Positions 28,775 to 38,999 of a stretch of DNA of 64,000 bases are shown in pieces. The DNA is from an uncultured Actinomycetota bacterium (GTDB lineage: Bacteria; Actinomycetota; Actinomycetes; Propionibacteriales; Nocardioidaceae). The notes below the pieces were generated by a model. That model was given only the letters and a program-made list of their open reading frames with translations. It was not told the origin of the DNA and made no database searches. The stretch covers positions 917,097 to 981,096 of the forward strand of contig CAWCGD010000001.1 in NCBI GenBank assembly GCA_963795105.1, in the 5' to 3' direction. Positions within the stretch are counted from its first letter, which is position 1; each line of letters starts with the position of its first letter. The translations under genes were made by a program, and so were the position numbers.

Positions 28775-28813
28775 ATGGATGACGACGACTGCTGCGAGCC
28801 CGGCTGCTGCTAG
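28775..28813 (+). CDS. Unannotated 12-aa acidic Cys-rich peptide MDDDDCCEPGCC
   Basis: GGAGG at 28763-28767, 7 nt before the ATG; TAG stop overlaps the convergent gene's stop; two CC pairs. Confidence 0.55.
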   Translation: MDDDDCCEPGCC

Positions 28814-29463
28814 CCCGCCGGCTCTTCATCGGACAGGACGGGCTCGGGGAGCGTGCCGGCGTTCCACTCGACGACGCGCCATTGCGGGCCTATCCCTAGG
28901 TCGCGCTCCTCGAGCACCGTCCACGAGCAGTTGCTCAAGCCGCTGAACGCCTCCCAGGTCTCACGCGGTAGCCCGAGAAAGCTGAAGGTCCCCGCACGGG
29001 TGACGCCGCCGTGCGAGACCACGACCAACGTGTCCTCCGGCTCGAGCGTCTCGAGGTGCTCGTGCAGGCCGGAGGTGAACCGCTCCCCCGCTGCCACACT
29101 CGACTCGCTCCCCGGGATCCCGGCCTCGTCACCGGCCAGCCAGCGGGCCATGTGGTCGGGGAACTGCTCCCATGCTTCGGTCAACGTCAGGCCCTCACGC
29201 ACCCCGAAGCTGCGCTCTCTGAACCGGACGTCGGTCTGCACCTGGACGCCGACGAGCCGGCTCAACTCCTCCGCCGTATCCCGCGCACGCGACAAGTCGG
29301 ACGTGACGATGCGGCTCGGCTGCAGGGACGCCAACCGCGCAGCGGCCGCACGCGCCTGCTCGCGTCCGACGTCATCGAGCGGAACGTCAGTCTGGCCCTG
29401 GACGCGCCCGGCGAGGTTCCATTCGGTGCGGCCATGCCGCCAGATGATGACGCGGCGGGTCAT
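28810..29463 (-). CDS. Histidine phosphatase family protein
   Basis: WRHGRTEWN, SDLSRA, RERSFG, VVVSHGG. Confidence 0.9.
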   Translation of the reverse strand: MTRRVIIWRHGRTEWNLAGRVQGQTDVPLDDVGREQARAAAARLASLQPSRIVTSDLSRARDTAEELSRLVGVQVQTDVRFRERSFGVREGLTLTEAWEQFPDHMARWLAGDEAGIPGSESSVAAGERFTSGLHEHLETLEPEDTLVVVSHGGVTRAGTFSFLGLPRETWEAFSGLSNCSWTVLEERDLGIGPQWRVVEWNAGTLPEPVLSDEEPAG

Positions 29464-29835
29464 TTACGCACTCGGGAGGTCGATGGCTGTGTCGATCACT
29501 GGGCAGTCGCTCCACAGCCGCTCCAGGGCGTAGTAGACGCGCTCCTCGGCGTGCTGGATGTGGACGACGATGTCGCTGAAGTCGAGCAGCACCCATCGCC
29601 CCTCGCGCTCACCCTCCCGGCGAACCGGCTTGGCGCCGAGTTCGAGCATGCGCTCCTCGACGGCGTCCTGGACCGCCTTGACCTGCCGGTCATTGCTGGC
29701 CGAGCAGAGCAGGAACACGTCCGTGAGCGCGAGTTGCTCGGACACATCGAACGCCAAGACGTCCTGCGCCAACTTGTCACGCGCCGCGACGGCGGCAGCG
29801 CGGGTCAGCTCCACTGCGCGGGCATCAGCGCTCAT
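29464..29835 (-). CDS. rsfS: Ribosome silencing factor RsfS
   Basis: [44 protein letters not shown]; ATG at 29835. Confidence 0.95.
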   Translation of the reverse strand: MSADARAVELTRAAAVAARDKLAQDVLAFDVSEQLALTDVFLLCSASNDRQVKAVQDAVEERMLELGAKPVRREGEREGRWVLLDFSDIVVHIQHAEERVYYALERLWSDCPVIDTAIDLPSA

Positions 29836-30404
29836 CGATAGAGCCCGTGCTTTCCGATGTACTGAACGACGCCGTCCGGCACGAGGTACCAGACCGGCTC
29901 GCCGGCATGGACGCGTTCGCGACAGTCGGTCGACGAAATGGCCAGGGCGGGAATCTCCATCAAGGTGATGCGGTCCTCGGGCAGGCCGTCGACGATGTCG
30001 GGGCTCATCGGGTGCCCCGGCCGGGTGACGCCGACAAAGTGCGCCAACTCGAATAGCTCGTGGTGGTCGCGCCACGTGAGAATCTGCGCCAAGGCGTCTG
30101 CTCCGGTGATGAAGTACAGCTCGTCATTGGGCATCGACGTGTGGAGTTCGCGCAGGGTGTCGATCGTGTACGTCGGGCCGTCGCGGTCGATGTCGACGCG
30201 GCTGACGGTGAAGTGCGGGTTGGCGGCCGTCGCGATGACGGTCATCAGGTAGCGATCCTCAGCGGACGTGACCCGGCGCTCCGACTTCTGCCATGGCTCA
30301 CCGGTCGGGACGAAGGTGACTTCGTCGAGGTCGAACCGGGCCTGCACTTCGCTGGCGGCCACGAGGTGGCCATGGTGAATCGGGTCGAACGTGCCGCCCA
30401 TCAC
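29832..30404 (-). CDS. nadD: Nicotinate-nucleotide adenylyltransferase (frame is open upstream to a CTG at 30449)
   Basis: [32 protein letters not shown]. Confidence 0.95.
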   Translation of the reverse strand: MMGGTFDPIHHGHLVAASEVQARFDLDEVTFVPTGEPWQKSERRVTSAEDRYLMTVIATAANPHFTVSRVDIDRDGPTYTIDTLRELHTSMPNDELYFITGADALAQILTWRDHHELFELAHFVGVTRPGHPMSPDIVDGLPEDRITLMEIPALAISSTDCRERVHAGEPVWYLVPDGVVQYIGKHGLYR

Positions 30405-30445
30405 CCCGACACGGCGCCCCGCAGTCTGTGGCGTATCTGACGTGC

Positions 30446-30589
30446 TCAGGTGTGCTCGCGACCCTTACCGAAGGCCAGCAGCGCGACCAGTGCGACGTGC
30501 AGGATCACCAACGCGAGGACGCCCACCGCGTACGGATGAATACCGATGTCGCGCACGTGCTCTTCGGCGGCTGCCAGGAGTTCGAGCAT
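30446..30589 (-). CDS. 47-aa single-pass membrane protein absent from the ORF track
   Basis: [47 protein letters not shown]; leaderless -10 TAGATT 6 nt before the ATG; fills the proA-nadD gap. Confidence 0.75.
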   Translation of the reverse strand: MLELLAAAEEHVRDIGIHPYAVGVLALVILHVALVALLAFGKGREHT

Positions 30590-30601
30590 GGGCAGAATCT
30601 A

Positions 30602-31863
30602 TCAGCCTCGAATGTGCCCGTTGCCGGTGACCACGTAGGTGGTCGTGGTCATCTCCTGCAATCCCATCGGTCCGCGAGCGTGCAGTTTCTGGGTGGAGAT
30701 GCCGATCTCGGCACCGAACCCGAACTCGCCACCGTCGGTGAAGCGCGTCGATGCATTCACCATGACGGCGGCTGCAGTCGACGGAGGCCGCGAAGCGCTG
30801 CGCGGCGGCTAGGTCCCGGGTGACGATCGCCTCGGTGTGATGCGACGAGAACTGCCTGATGTGGTCGATCGCCTCGTCCAGCGAATCGACGACCTTGGCC
30901 GAGATCTCCATCGCGAGGTACTCGGTCGCGTAGTCCTCATCGGTGGCCGGCTGGACGTCCGGATCGGCAGCCGCGAAGCGTCGCGTCGCCGTGGATGACG
31001 ACGCCGGCATCCAGCATCGCGTGCGTGACCCGCGGCACGAACTCGTCCGCCACCGCCTTGTGCACGAGCAGCGACTCGGCCGCGTTGCAGACGCTGGTGC
31101 GCTGCGTCTTGGCGTTCAGCGCGATGGACAGGGCCATATCGAGGTCGGCATCGGCGTCGACGTAGACGTGGCAGTTGCCCACGCCGGTCTCGATCACCGG
31201 GACGGTCGACTGCTCGACGACGGTCTGGATGAGGCCGGCCCCGCCGCGCGGAATGACCAGGTCGACGAGGCCGCGGGCCTGCATGAGTTCGGTGGCGGAC
31301 GAGCGATCCGACGCGTCGATGCCTTGAACAGCGTCAGCGGGGATGCCGGTCGAGGCGATGGCCTCACGGAACACGTCGACGATGACCGCGTTGGAGTGGG
31401 CAGCCGACGACGAGCCGCGCAACAGCACGGCATTTCCGGACTTAAGACAGATGCCGGCGGCGTCGGCGGTGACGTTGGGCCGTCCCTCGTAGATCATGCC
31501 GATGACGCCGATCGGCACGCGGATCTGCTGCATCCGTAGGCCATTCGCGAGCGTCGAGCCGCGCACGATCTCGCCCACCGGGTCGGCGAGGGCAGCCAGG
31601 TCGCGGACACCTTGGGCGAACGCGGCGACGCGGTCGGCATCGAGGGCAAGCCGGTCAATGACGTGCTCCGGGGTGCCTCCGGCGCGGGCGGTGGCGACGT
31701 CCTCCGCGTTGGCGGCGAGGATCCGATCGGTCTCGGCGACGAGCGCGTCGGCCGCGGCGTTCAGACGCGGCGTCCTTGACCGATCGCGGGGTCGTCGCCA
31801 ACACGGCTGCCGCCACTCGCGCGCGCCGCGCTGCTTCCTCGACGTGTTCCTTCACGGGTCCAT
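30602..31863 (-). CDS. proA: Gamma-glutamyl phosphate reductase, at least three apparent frameshifts
   Basis: [75 protein letters not shown]. Confidence 0.93.
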
Positions 31864-31890
31864 CGTAGGTATTCGCCCTAGGCTGGCAGC

Positions 31891-32443
31891 ATGAAGCGGT
31901 TTGCGACGTCGACCGGAGTGCTGCTCGCGGGCTCGTCCTCGCGGCCTGTGGCCCTGGCGACCCGATGACCGGACGCGCGGGCTCTGATCTTCCGCCTGGC
32001 CCCCTTGCAGCCTCTGCCGTCGGAGCCGGCCACAACGGACGCTCCCAGTTGCCGCACGCTGGCGGTGAGCCGCGGCGAGACGGAAAGCCAGTCGGACGCC
32101 GACTTCCTGGACATCACATTCACGAACCGAGGCGACGCCGCCTGCATGGTCCACGGCTACCCGACCCTCACCATGCGCGACGGCAACGGCCGCAGCATGG
32201 GAGATCGAGCCACACTGCGAACCAGCGGAGCCGCCCGCTACATCGTGCTGGAACCTGGCGCGACAGCCACTGCGACCGTGCGGTTCCCGAAAGCGACCGA
32301 CGCATGCACGAGCGGCACAGCCCGTATCGAGGTGCTGATCCCGGCCGCCACCGAACGCGACGTTCATCCCCGAGAACCGCCAGTACTGTCCGAACTGGAC
32401 GGTCACGGCGATCCAGCGAGCCACGGAGGGCGACGGAGGTTAG
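31891..32443 (+). CDS. DUF4232 family secreted protein, apparent frameshifts (~31960, ~32360)
   Basis: Leaderless ATG (TAGGCT-6 nt); C..LAVS..ITFTNRGDAAC.V.GYP..LEPGATA pattern. Confidence 0.6.
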
Positions 32444-33534
32444 CTCCGGGCCAGCAGCACCAAGTCATCACGATGGATGACTTCACGCTCATAATCCACG
32501 CCAAGTTCGGCGGCCAGGTCGCGGGTGGATCGGCCCAGTAGGTCGGGTAGCTCGTCGCTGTCGTACGTGACGATGCCACGAGCGACGACGGCACCGTCCT
32601 CGGTGATGACGTCGATCGGATCGCCGGCGACGAACGTGCCAAACACCGAGGTGATGCCCGCGGGCAGCAGCGACGCGTTCCGCTCCGAGAGTGCTCGCCA
32701 TGCGCCGGCGTCGATGTGGAGCGCGCCCTTGGTGTCGCTGGCGTGCTCGAGCCACAGCAACCGGGTGGAGCGACGCTTGCCGGTGGCCGTGAAGCGCGTG
32801 CCGACCTGCTCGCCGGCGATGGCTGCGTCCGCGTGTGCGGCGCTGGTCAGCGTGACCGCGATGCCGGCCTCGGTCGCCAGCCGGGCCGCCTCAAGCTTGG
32901 TCACCATCCCGCCGGTCCCGACGGCCGCGCCGACGCGGCTGACGTCAACGTGGGTCAGCTGGTCCAGATCGGTCACCTCACTGATCCGCTCAGACCCGCT
33001 GTCGCCCGGATGGCGGTCGTACAGGCCATCGACGTCGGACAACAGCACGAGCCGGTCGGCATGCACCAGATGTGCCACGAGCGCGGCGAGCCGGTCGTTG
33101 TCGCCAAAGCGGATCTCGCTGGTCGCCACCGTGTCGTTCTCGTTGACGATGGGCACGACGCCGAGTTCCAGCAGGCGCGCGAAGGTCTGATACGCGTTGC
33201 GGTAGTGGCTGCGGCGGGTGATGTCGTCCAACGTGAGCAGCACCTGTGCCGCCACGATGTCGTGCGAGGCGAACCGCTCGGTGTAGCGATGGACGAGCAG
33301 GCCCTGGCCCACACTCGCTGCGGCCTGTTGGGTGGGCAGATCTTGGGGCCGCGTTTTGAGGCCGAGCGGCGGCAGGCCCGCTGCAATGGCGCCAGAACTG
33401 ACCAGGACCACCTCGTCCCCCCGCATTCGGGCCGCGGCAATCGCGTCGACCAGAGCGTCGACCTGATCGCCGTCGAGACCGCCGGCGCCTGTTGTCAGCG
33501 ACGACGAGCCGATCTTCACCACGATCCGGCTCAT
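32440..33534 (-). CDS. proB: Glutamate 5-kinase with PUA domain
   Basis: [43 protein letters not shown]. Confidence 0.96.
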   Translation of the reverse strand: MSRIVVKIGSSSLTTGAGGLDGDQVDALVDAIAAARMRGDEVVLVSSGAIAAGLPPLGLKTRPQDLPTQQAAASVGQGLLVHRYTERFASHDIVAAQVLLTLDDITRRSHYRNAYQTFARLLELGVVPIVNENDTVATSEIRFGDNDRLAALVAHLVHADRLVLLSDVDGLYDRHPGDSGSERISEVTDLDQLTHVDVSRVGAAVGTGGMVTKLEAARLATEAGIAVTLTSAAHADAAIAGEQVGTRFTATGKRRSTRLLWLEHASDTKGALHIDAGAWRALSERNASLLPAGITSVFGTFVAGDPIDVITEDGAVVARGIVTYDSDELPDLLGRSTRDLAAELGVDYEREVIHRDDLVLLARS

Positions 33535-35009
33535 GAGTCGTCCCCCGTCTCATGCACTGTCTCGTCGCGGTAACCACGCATCTCAGCCTCGTGCGCTCGC
33601 TTGGCCGCCAGCTCGTCACGTCGTTCGACGTTCGTGCGACGCGATCGGTCGTAGAACCGGTGGTCCTCGCCGCGGCGACCGAGGTTCTCCGCCCCGGCGT
33701 CGATCTGGGGATCGAAGTCGAAGATGACGGCGTCGGCGCCATCGCCGATGACAATGTCGTCGCCGGGTTGGGCACCCAACGTGAGCAGCCGCTCCTCGAC
33801 GCCCAGACGGTTGAGCCGGTCGGCGAGGTAGCCGACGGCCTCGTCGTTCGCAAAGTCGGTCTGGCGCACCCATCGGGTGGGCTTCTCGCCGCGGACGCGG
33901 TATTGCGCATTCTCCAGCGTGATCGCGAACTCGTCGCCGACGCCCGCCTGCGCCCGCGGGCGCAGAACGATGCGGGTGGGTTCGGGCGTGGCTTCGGCAG
34001 CGCGTCGGCGCGCAACGATCTCGGCCATCGCGAACGACAGCTCCCGCAGGCCCTCGTGGCTCGCCGCCGATACGGCGAAGACGTCGAAGCCACGCTCTTC
34101 GAGGTCAGCCGTCACGAACTCGGCGATCTGCTTCGCGTCCGGCACATCGACCTTGTTGAGTGCGACCAGCCGAGGCCGATCCTCCAGGCCGCCATAGGCC
34201 GCCAGCTCGGCTTCGATGGTGTCGAGGTCGGTGACCGGATCGCGGCCCGGCTCGGCCGTGGCGCAGTCGATGACGTGAACCAACGCAGCGCAACGCTCGA
34301 CGTGGCGCAGGAAGTCGTGGCCGAGACCACGGCCCTCGCTGGCGCCCTCGATGAGGCCGGGAACGTCAGCGACGGTGAAGGTCAGCGAACCAGCCGTCAC
34401 GACGCCAAGGTTGGGCACCAGGGTGGTGAACGGATAGTCCGCGATCTTGGGCCGCGCGCGCGACAGCGATGCGATCAAGCTCGACTTGCCCGCGCTGGGG
34501 AAGCCGACCAGCCCGATGTCAGCGACCACCTTGAGCTCGAGCGTGACCGAGCGGTCCTCCCCCGGCTCGCCCTTGAGTGCGAACCCGGGCGCTTTGCGCT
34601 TGGGCGACGCCAGCGCGGCGTTGCCCAGACCACCGCGCCCACCCGCGGCGACGACGACCTCGGTGCCTGGGCCCACCATGTCGGCCAGCAATTCACCCGT
34701 CTCGGCGTCGCGCACGACGGTGCCGTCAGGGACGGTCAGCACAAGGTCGGCACCCTTGCCACCGCTTCGGTGGCCACCGGCTCCGGGAGCTCCGTTTGTG
34801 GCGCGTCGATGCGGTTCATGGTGATAGTCGATGAGCGTGGTGACGTCCTGAGCGACGTGCAAGATCACGTCGCCGCCGTGCCCGCCGTTGCCACCGTCGG
34901 GTCCACCGAGCGGCTTGAACTTCTCCCGGTGGACCGACGCAACGCCATGACCACCGTTGCCACCGGTGACGTGCAACGTCACCTGATCGACAAAGCTGGG
35001 GATGGCCAC
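33531..35009 (-). CDS. obgE: GTPase ObgE/CgtA
   Basis: FVD..GG.GG Gly-rich OBG fold, [23 protein letters not shown]. Confidence 0.97.
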   Translation of the reverse strand: MAIPSFVDQVTLHVTGGNGGHGVASVHREKFKPLGGPDGGNGGHGGDVILHVAQDVTTLIDYHHEPHRRATNGAPGAGGHRSGGKGADLVLTVPDGTVVRDAETGELLADMVGPGTEVVVAAGGRGGLGNAALASPKRKAPGFALKGEPGEDRSVTLELKVVADIGLVGFPSAGKSSLIASLSRARPKIADYPFTTLVPNLGVVTAGSLTFTVADVPGLIEGASEGRGLGHDFLRHVERCAALVHVIDCATAEPGRDPVTDLDTIEAELAAYGGLEDRPRLVALNKVDVPDAKQIAEFVTADLEERGFDVFAVSAASHEGLRELSFAMAEIVARRRAAEATPEPTRIVLRPRAQAGVGDEFAITLENAQYRVRGEKPTRWVRQTDFANDEAVGYLADRLNRLGVEERLLTLGAQPGDDIVIGDGADAVIFDFDPQIDAGAENLGRRGEDHRFYDRSRRTNVERRDELAAKRAHEAEMRGYRDETVHETGDDS

Positions 35010-35067
35010 GACGTGATCCTTTCAGGCGCTGTGCTTCATGTTGCCGCGCCGCCCTGCGCGGCAATGC

Positions 35068-35091
35068 AAAACGGCCCGCAGTTGCGGGCCG
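35068..35091 (-). terminator. Intrinsic terminator after rplU-rpmA
   Basis: Stem CGGCCCGCA/TGCGGGCCG followed on the minus strand by TTTT. Confidence 0.75.
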
Positions 35092-35115
35092 CCGTGCATG
35101 GGTATGAGGTCCGCG

Positions 35116-35373
35116 TCAGTTCTCCGACGGGACGATGTTGACGACCTTGCGGCCGCGCTTGACGCCGAACTCGACCGCACCATTGGCGAGCGCGAACAGC
35201 GTGTCGTCACCGCCACGGCCGACGTTGGTGCCGGGGTGGAAGTGGGTGCCGCGCTGACGGACGATGATCTCGCCAGCGTTGACCAGCTGGCCACCGAACC
35301 GCTTGACACCAAGCCGTTGGGCGTTGGAATCGCGGCCGTTCTTAGTGGAGGCTGCGCCCTTCTTGTGTGCCAT
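35116..35373 (-). CDS. rpmA: 50S ribosomal protein L27
   Basis: [28 protein letters not shown]. Confidence 0.99.
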   Translation of the reverse strand: MAHKKGAASTKNGRDSNAQRLGVKRFGGQLVNAGEIIVRQRGTHFHPGTNVGRGGDDTLFALANGAVEFGVKRGRKVVNIVPSEN

Positions 35374-35384
35374 CTGTCAGTTCC

Positions 35385-35690
35385 TCACTTGATCCCGGTG
35401 ATCTTGACCTGGGTGTACTTCTGACGGTGACCCTGGCGCTTCTTGTACCCGGTCTTGTTCTTGTACTTCTGGATGATGATCTTCGGGCCCTTGGTCTGGC
35501 CGAGCACCTCAGCGGTGACCTTGACCTTGGCCAGCTTGTCGGCGTCGGTGGTGACCGCGTCGCCGTCGACCAGCAGGACAGCGGGCAGCGACACGGTGTC
35601 GCCGACGTTGTCTGCGACCTTGTCGATCTGCACGACGTCGCCGACGGAGACCTTCTGCTGGTTTCCACCACTGCGCACGATTGCGTACAC
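35385..35690 (-). CDS. rplU: 50S ribosomal protein L21
   Basis: (V)[28 protein letters not shown]; GTG at 35690. Confidence 0.98.
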   Translation of the reverse strand: MYAIVRSGGNQQKVSVGDVVQIDKVADNVGDTVSLPAVLLVDGDAVTTDADKLAKVKVTAEVLGQTKGPKIIIQKYKNKTGYKKRQGHRQKYTQVKITGIK

Positions 35691-35766
35691 CACGGGAATC
35701 GTCCTGTTCGTTGAGAAAATTCGGGGTCGGCGCGCTCCGTCTGTCGACGGGCACCGACCGACCATT

Positions 35767-38019
35767 CTATGAAGTCGGGTTGCCCCCGGGCAAATCGGCG
35801 ACAGTACTGGAATTGTCGGCGACGGTCTCGCTTCGCTCGATCGCCGACGGCCCAAGCGATCCTTCGCCAGCGTCCGCGCCCGGCGAAGCCGGCTCGCTGG
35901 GAGAGCCTTGCGAATCTGGGGCACTTCGATCTTTGGCGTTCCCGGCCTGCTTCGCGTTGCCGTTGCCGCCATTGGCTCCGTTGCCGCCGTTGCCCGCGTT
36001 GCCGCCACTGCCACCACGGCTGCGTCCACCGCGGCGGTTGCGCGTGGCCGTGCGAGGCTCGTCCTTCTTGGCCTCGACGGGTTCGGCCGTGACAACCACG
36101 CCGCGGCCCTTGCACGCATCGCATTCGTGGCTGAACGACTCCAGCAGGCCGGTGCCGATGCGCTTGCGCGTCATCTGCACGAGCCCGAGCGACGTCACCT
36201 CGGCAACTTGGTGCCGGGTGCGGTCGCGGCCGAGGCACTCGACCAGGCGCCGCAGCACCAAGTCTCGGTTGTTCTCCAGGACCATGTCGATGAAGTCAAT
36301 GACGATGATGCCGCCGATATCGCGCAGCCGGAGCTGGCGCACGATCTCCTCGGCTGCCTCGAGGTTGTTCTTCGTAACCGTCTCTTCAAGGTTGCCGCCG
36401 GAGCCGGTGAACTTGCCGGTGTTGACGTCAACGACCGTCATGGCCTCGGTCCGATCGATGACCAGCGAACCACCAGACGGGAGCCACACCTTGCGCTCGA
36501 GCGCCTTGTGGATCTGTTCGTCGATCCGGTACGCGTCGAATGCGTCGGCCGGCGGTTTGTCGGCAGTGCCTTCGGCAACGGCCGGCTTCTCCCACTTGGC
36601 CACTCGCTCGGCGAGGTCAGGCGCAACATGGCTGACGTAGCCGTTGATGTTGTCCCAGGCGTCGGGCCCGTCGATGACGAGCGACGTGAAGTCTTCGTTG
36701 AAGAGGTCGCGAACGACCTTGATGACCAGGTCGGGCTCGGCGTACAGCTGCTGCGGCGCCTTGCCGGACTCTGCCTTCTTGGCGATGTCCTCCCACCGGG
36801 CCGTCAGGCCGGTGACGTCGCGGGTGAGCTGATCCTCGGTCGCACCTTCGGCAGCCGTGCGCACGATGACGCCGGAGTCGTCCGGGAGGACCTCCTTGAG
36901 CAGCGTCTTGAGCCGGGTGCGCTCGGACTCGGGCAGCTTGCGGGAGATGCCACTGGCCTGGCCGCGCGGGACGAGAACGAGGAATCGGCCGGGGATGCTG
37001 ATCTGGCTGGTAAGCCGGGCACCCTTTTGGCCGACCGGGTCCTTGGAGACCTGCACCAGCACAGTTTGGCCCGGCTGCAGCGCGTCCTCGATCTTGCGTG
37101 CCTTGCCCTCGCCGAGGGTGCTCCAGTCGACCTCGCCGGCATACAGGACGGCGTTGCGCCCGGCCCCGATGTCGATGAACGCGGCCTCCATGCTGGGTAG
37201 GACGTTCTGCACCTTGCCGAGGTAGACGTTGCCGATCAGCGAGGTCTGCGACTCCCGCGCGACATAGTGCTCGACCAGCACGTTGTCTTCGAGGACAGCG
37301 ATCTGGGTGTAGTTGTCCTCGACGTTGGCGCCCACATGCTGGCGAACCACCATCTCGCGCTTGACCGATTCGCGTCGGGCGAGGAACTCGGCCTCCGAGA
37401 CGATCGGGGCACGCCGACGGCCGGCCTCCCGGCCCTCGCGGCGACGCTGCTTCTTGGCTTCAAGGCGGGTCGAACCGCTGACGCCGGTGATCTCGTCTTC
37501 AGCCGTGCGGCCCTCACGGACCTTGACGACGACGTTGTCGGGGTCGTCGGGCGCGGCGGACGCGCCTTCGCCGGCGCGGGCGCGCTTGCGACGACGGCGC
37601 GTGCCGTTTCCGTCGCCGGAGCCCGATTCGTCGTCGTAGTCGGCGTCGTCGTCGCCGTCGTCAGCGGAATCGCTGGTGGAGTCGGTTGCGTCGTCGTCGC
37701 TCTTGCGCCGGCGACGGCCGCCGCGACTGCGCTTGCGGCGCTGCGCGGCCTGGCTGCCGGCGTCACCGCCGGAATCGCGATCGGGGTCGTCGCCCTCGTT
37801 GGACGACGCCTGCTCCTCGCGGGGCAGCGGCGGCAACAGCGATGTGTCGGGCGCCTGGAACATGAGCCCGGCGTCGACCGGAGGTCCGGCAGGGCGCCCG
37901 GCCGAGCGGCGCCGCGGCCGTGAGGCCGACGGGGACTCGGATTCTGGTTTCGTTGATTCGGGAGTTTCGGTGGCGGTGGAGGTTTCCCCCGCGACCATGT
38001 CGATGTCGGGGTCGAGCAC
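35767..38019 (-). CDS. rne: Ribonuclease E/G (actinobacterial RNase E)
   Basis: Acidic/basic N-terminal extension; [21 protein letters not shown]1 domain, [36 protein letters not shown]; RBS AAGGAG before the GTG at 38019. Confidence 0.95.
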   Translation of the reverse strand: MLDPDIDMVAGETSTATETPESTKPESESPSASRPRRRSAGRPAGPPVDAGLMFQAPDTSLLPPLPREEQASSNEGDDPDRDSGGDAGSQAAQRRKRSRGGRRRRKSDDDATDSTSDSADDGDDDADYDDESGSGDGNGTRRRRKRARAGEGASAAPDDPDNVVVKVREGRTAEDEITGVSGSTRLEAKKQRRREGREAGRRRAPIVSEAEFLARRESVKREMVVRQHVGANVEDNYTQIAVLEDNVLVEHYVARESQTSLIGNVYLGKVQNVLPSMEAAFIDIGAGRNAVLYAGEVDWSTLGEGKARKIEDALQPGQTVLVQVSKDPVGQKGARLTSQISIPGRFLVLVPRGQASGISRKLPESERTRLKTLLKEVLPDDSGVIVRTAAEGATEDQLTRDVTGLTARWEDIAKKAESGKAPQQLYAEPDLVIKVVRDLFNEDFTSLVIDGPDAWDNINGYVSHVAPDLAERVAKWEKPAVAEGTADKPPADAFDAYRIDEQIHKALERKVWLPSGGSLVIDRTEAMTVVDVNTGKFTGSGGNLEETVTKNNLEAAEEIVRQLRLRDIGGIIVIDFIDMVLENNRDLVLRRLVECLGRDRTRHQVAEVTSLGLVQMTRKRIGTGLLESFSHECDACKGRGVVVTAEPVEAKKDEPRTATRNRRGGRSRGGSGGNAGNGGNGANGGNGNAKQAGNAKDRSAPDSQGSPSEPASPGADAGEGSLGPSAIERSETVADNSSTVADLPGGNPTS

Positions 38020-38254
38020 TTGCTCTCCTTCGCCCGTCAACGCGGAATCCGCGAGGAACGAGCTTCCAATTCTGTGCCGCACGGTGGGCGTGACTCGCGA
38101 GAGTTCACGCGTCAATGCGGAAGCCTGAGGTTTCTTTGGTCGCAACCTGCGATTCGTCTGCCCGCCGCGGTCAGCGTGTAAAGCGTCGCGGTCAGGGGAT
38201 GCATCACTGATTGACGCAAGTATCGCACAAGCTGCCAGCCGGACGCCCTTCGCT

Positions 38255-38977
38255 TCAGTCTCGTAGAGGGTCTCCCACGTTCGCATCACTGCCAGCTCCG
38301 CGCAGCGGTCCCTGCTGGAGCCGTTGCGCGACCGGCGAGCCGGGGTGCTCGAGTCCGTGCGCGCGCAGGCCAGTGACGATGTCGTCCGGCCGGACGGTGG
38401 GGATGGTGGATCGAACCACAGCCGTGACCGCTGAACCTTCGGAGGTCAGGTCGACGACGGCGCCGCGGACATCGATCGCGCGGAGCCCGCGCTTGGTCAT
38501 CCGTTCGACAGATACATCTTCGGCGGCCAAAAACGCAGCGACGGATGCTGCCACCTGGTCCGGGTCCGTGCCGGCCAGCTCGATGCGCCACGCGCTAGCC
38601 TCGAGACGGTCCGCCAGCGAGCCGGGAGCGGCAACCACCACATCGAGGATGTCGAGCCCCGCCGGCAATGCGTCGTCGAGCGCACGCAGTACTTCCTCCG
38701 CCGTTCGCGGCTCGGTGAGGCCAATCTCAAGAAACTCGGCCTCGCTTGCCGTGCCGGTGGGCGCCGCGTTCGCATAGGAAATCTTCGGATGAGGGCTGAA
38801 GCCGGAGGAGAACCCGATCGGAATCCCGGCCCGGCGCACGGCCCGTTCGAAGGCCCTCGCGAAGTCTCTGTGGCTGATGAACCGCAACCGCCCCCGCTTG
38901 GCGTAACGGACACGCAGCCTCTGAACGACGGGCAACTGCGGGTTCGGCGCTTCCGGGTTGGGAATCTGGGGATCCAT
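38255..38977 (-). CDS. TIGR03936 radical SAM-associated protein (DUF2344)
   Basis: RLRVRYAKRGRLRFISHRDFARAFERA.RRA.IP..FS.GFSPHPKISY. Confidence 0.92.
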   Translation of the reverse strand: MDPQIPNPEAPNPQLPVVQRLRVRYAKRGRLRFISHRDFARAFERAVRRAGIPIGFSSGFSPHPKISYANAAPTGTASEAEFLEIGLTEPRTAEEVLRALDDALPAGLDILDVVVAAPGSLADRLEASAWRIELAGTDPDQVAASVAAFLAAEDVSVERMTKRGLRAIDVRGAVVDLTSEGSAVTAVVRSTIPTVRPDDIVTGLRAHGLEHPGSPVAQRLQQGPLRGAGSDANVGDPLRD

Positions 38978-38999
38978 GGCTCGCCTAGTCTGACGCACT

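Noticed and set aside
21113-28813. Intact mobile element at tRNA-Ala
   Set aside because: No integrase, recombinase or transposase, and no exact direct repeat of the tRNA 3' end was found by eye.
28743-28946. Track ORF 28743-28946 as the gene downstream of the MFS
   Set aside because: It has no RBS, overlaps the phosphatase antisense for most of its length and spans the operator; the RBS-supported frame is the 12-aa peptide.
30602-32443. proA and the DUF4232 gene as true pseudogenes
   Set aside because: All catalytic motifs are intact, proB is intact, and the indels cluster in one stretch, so sequencing error is more likely.
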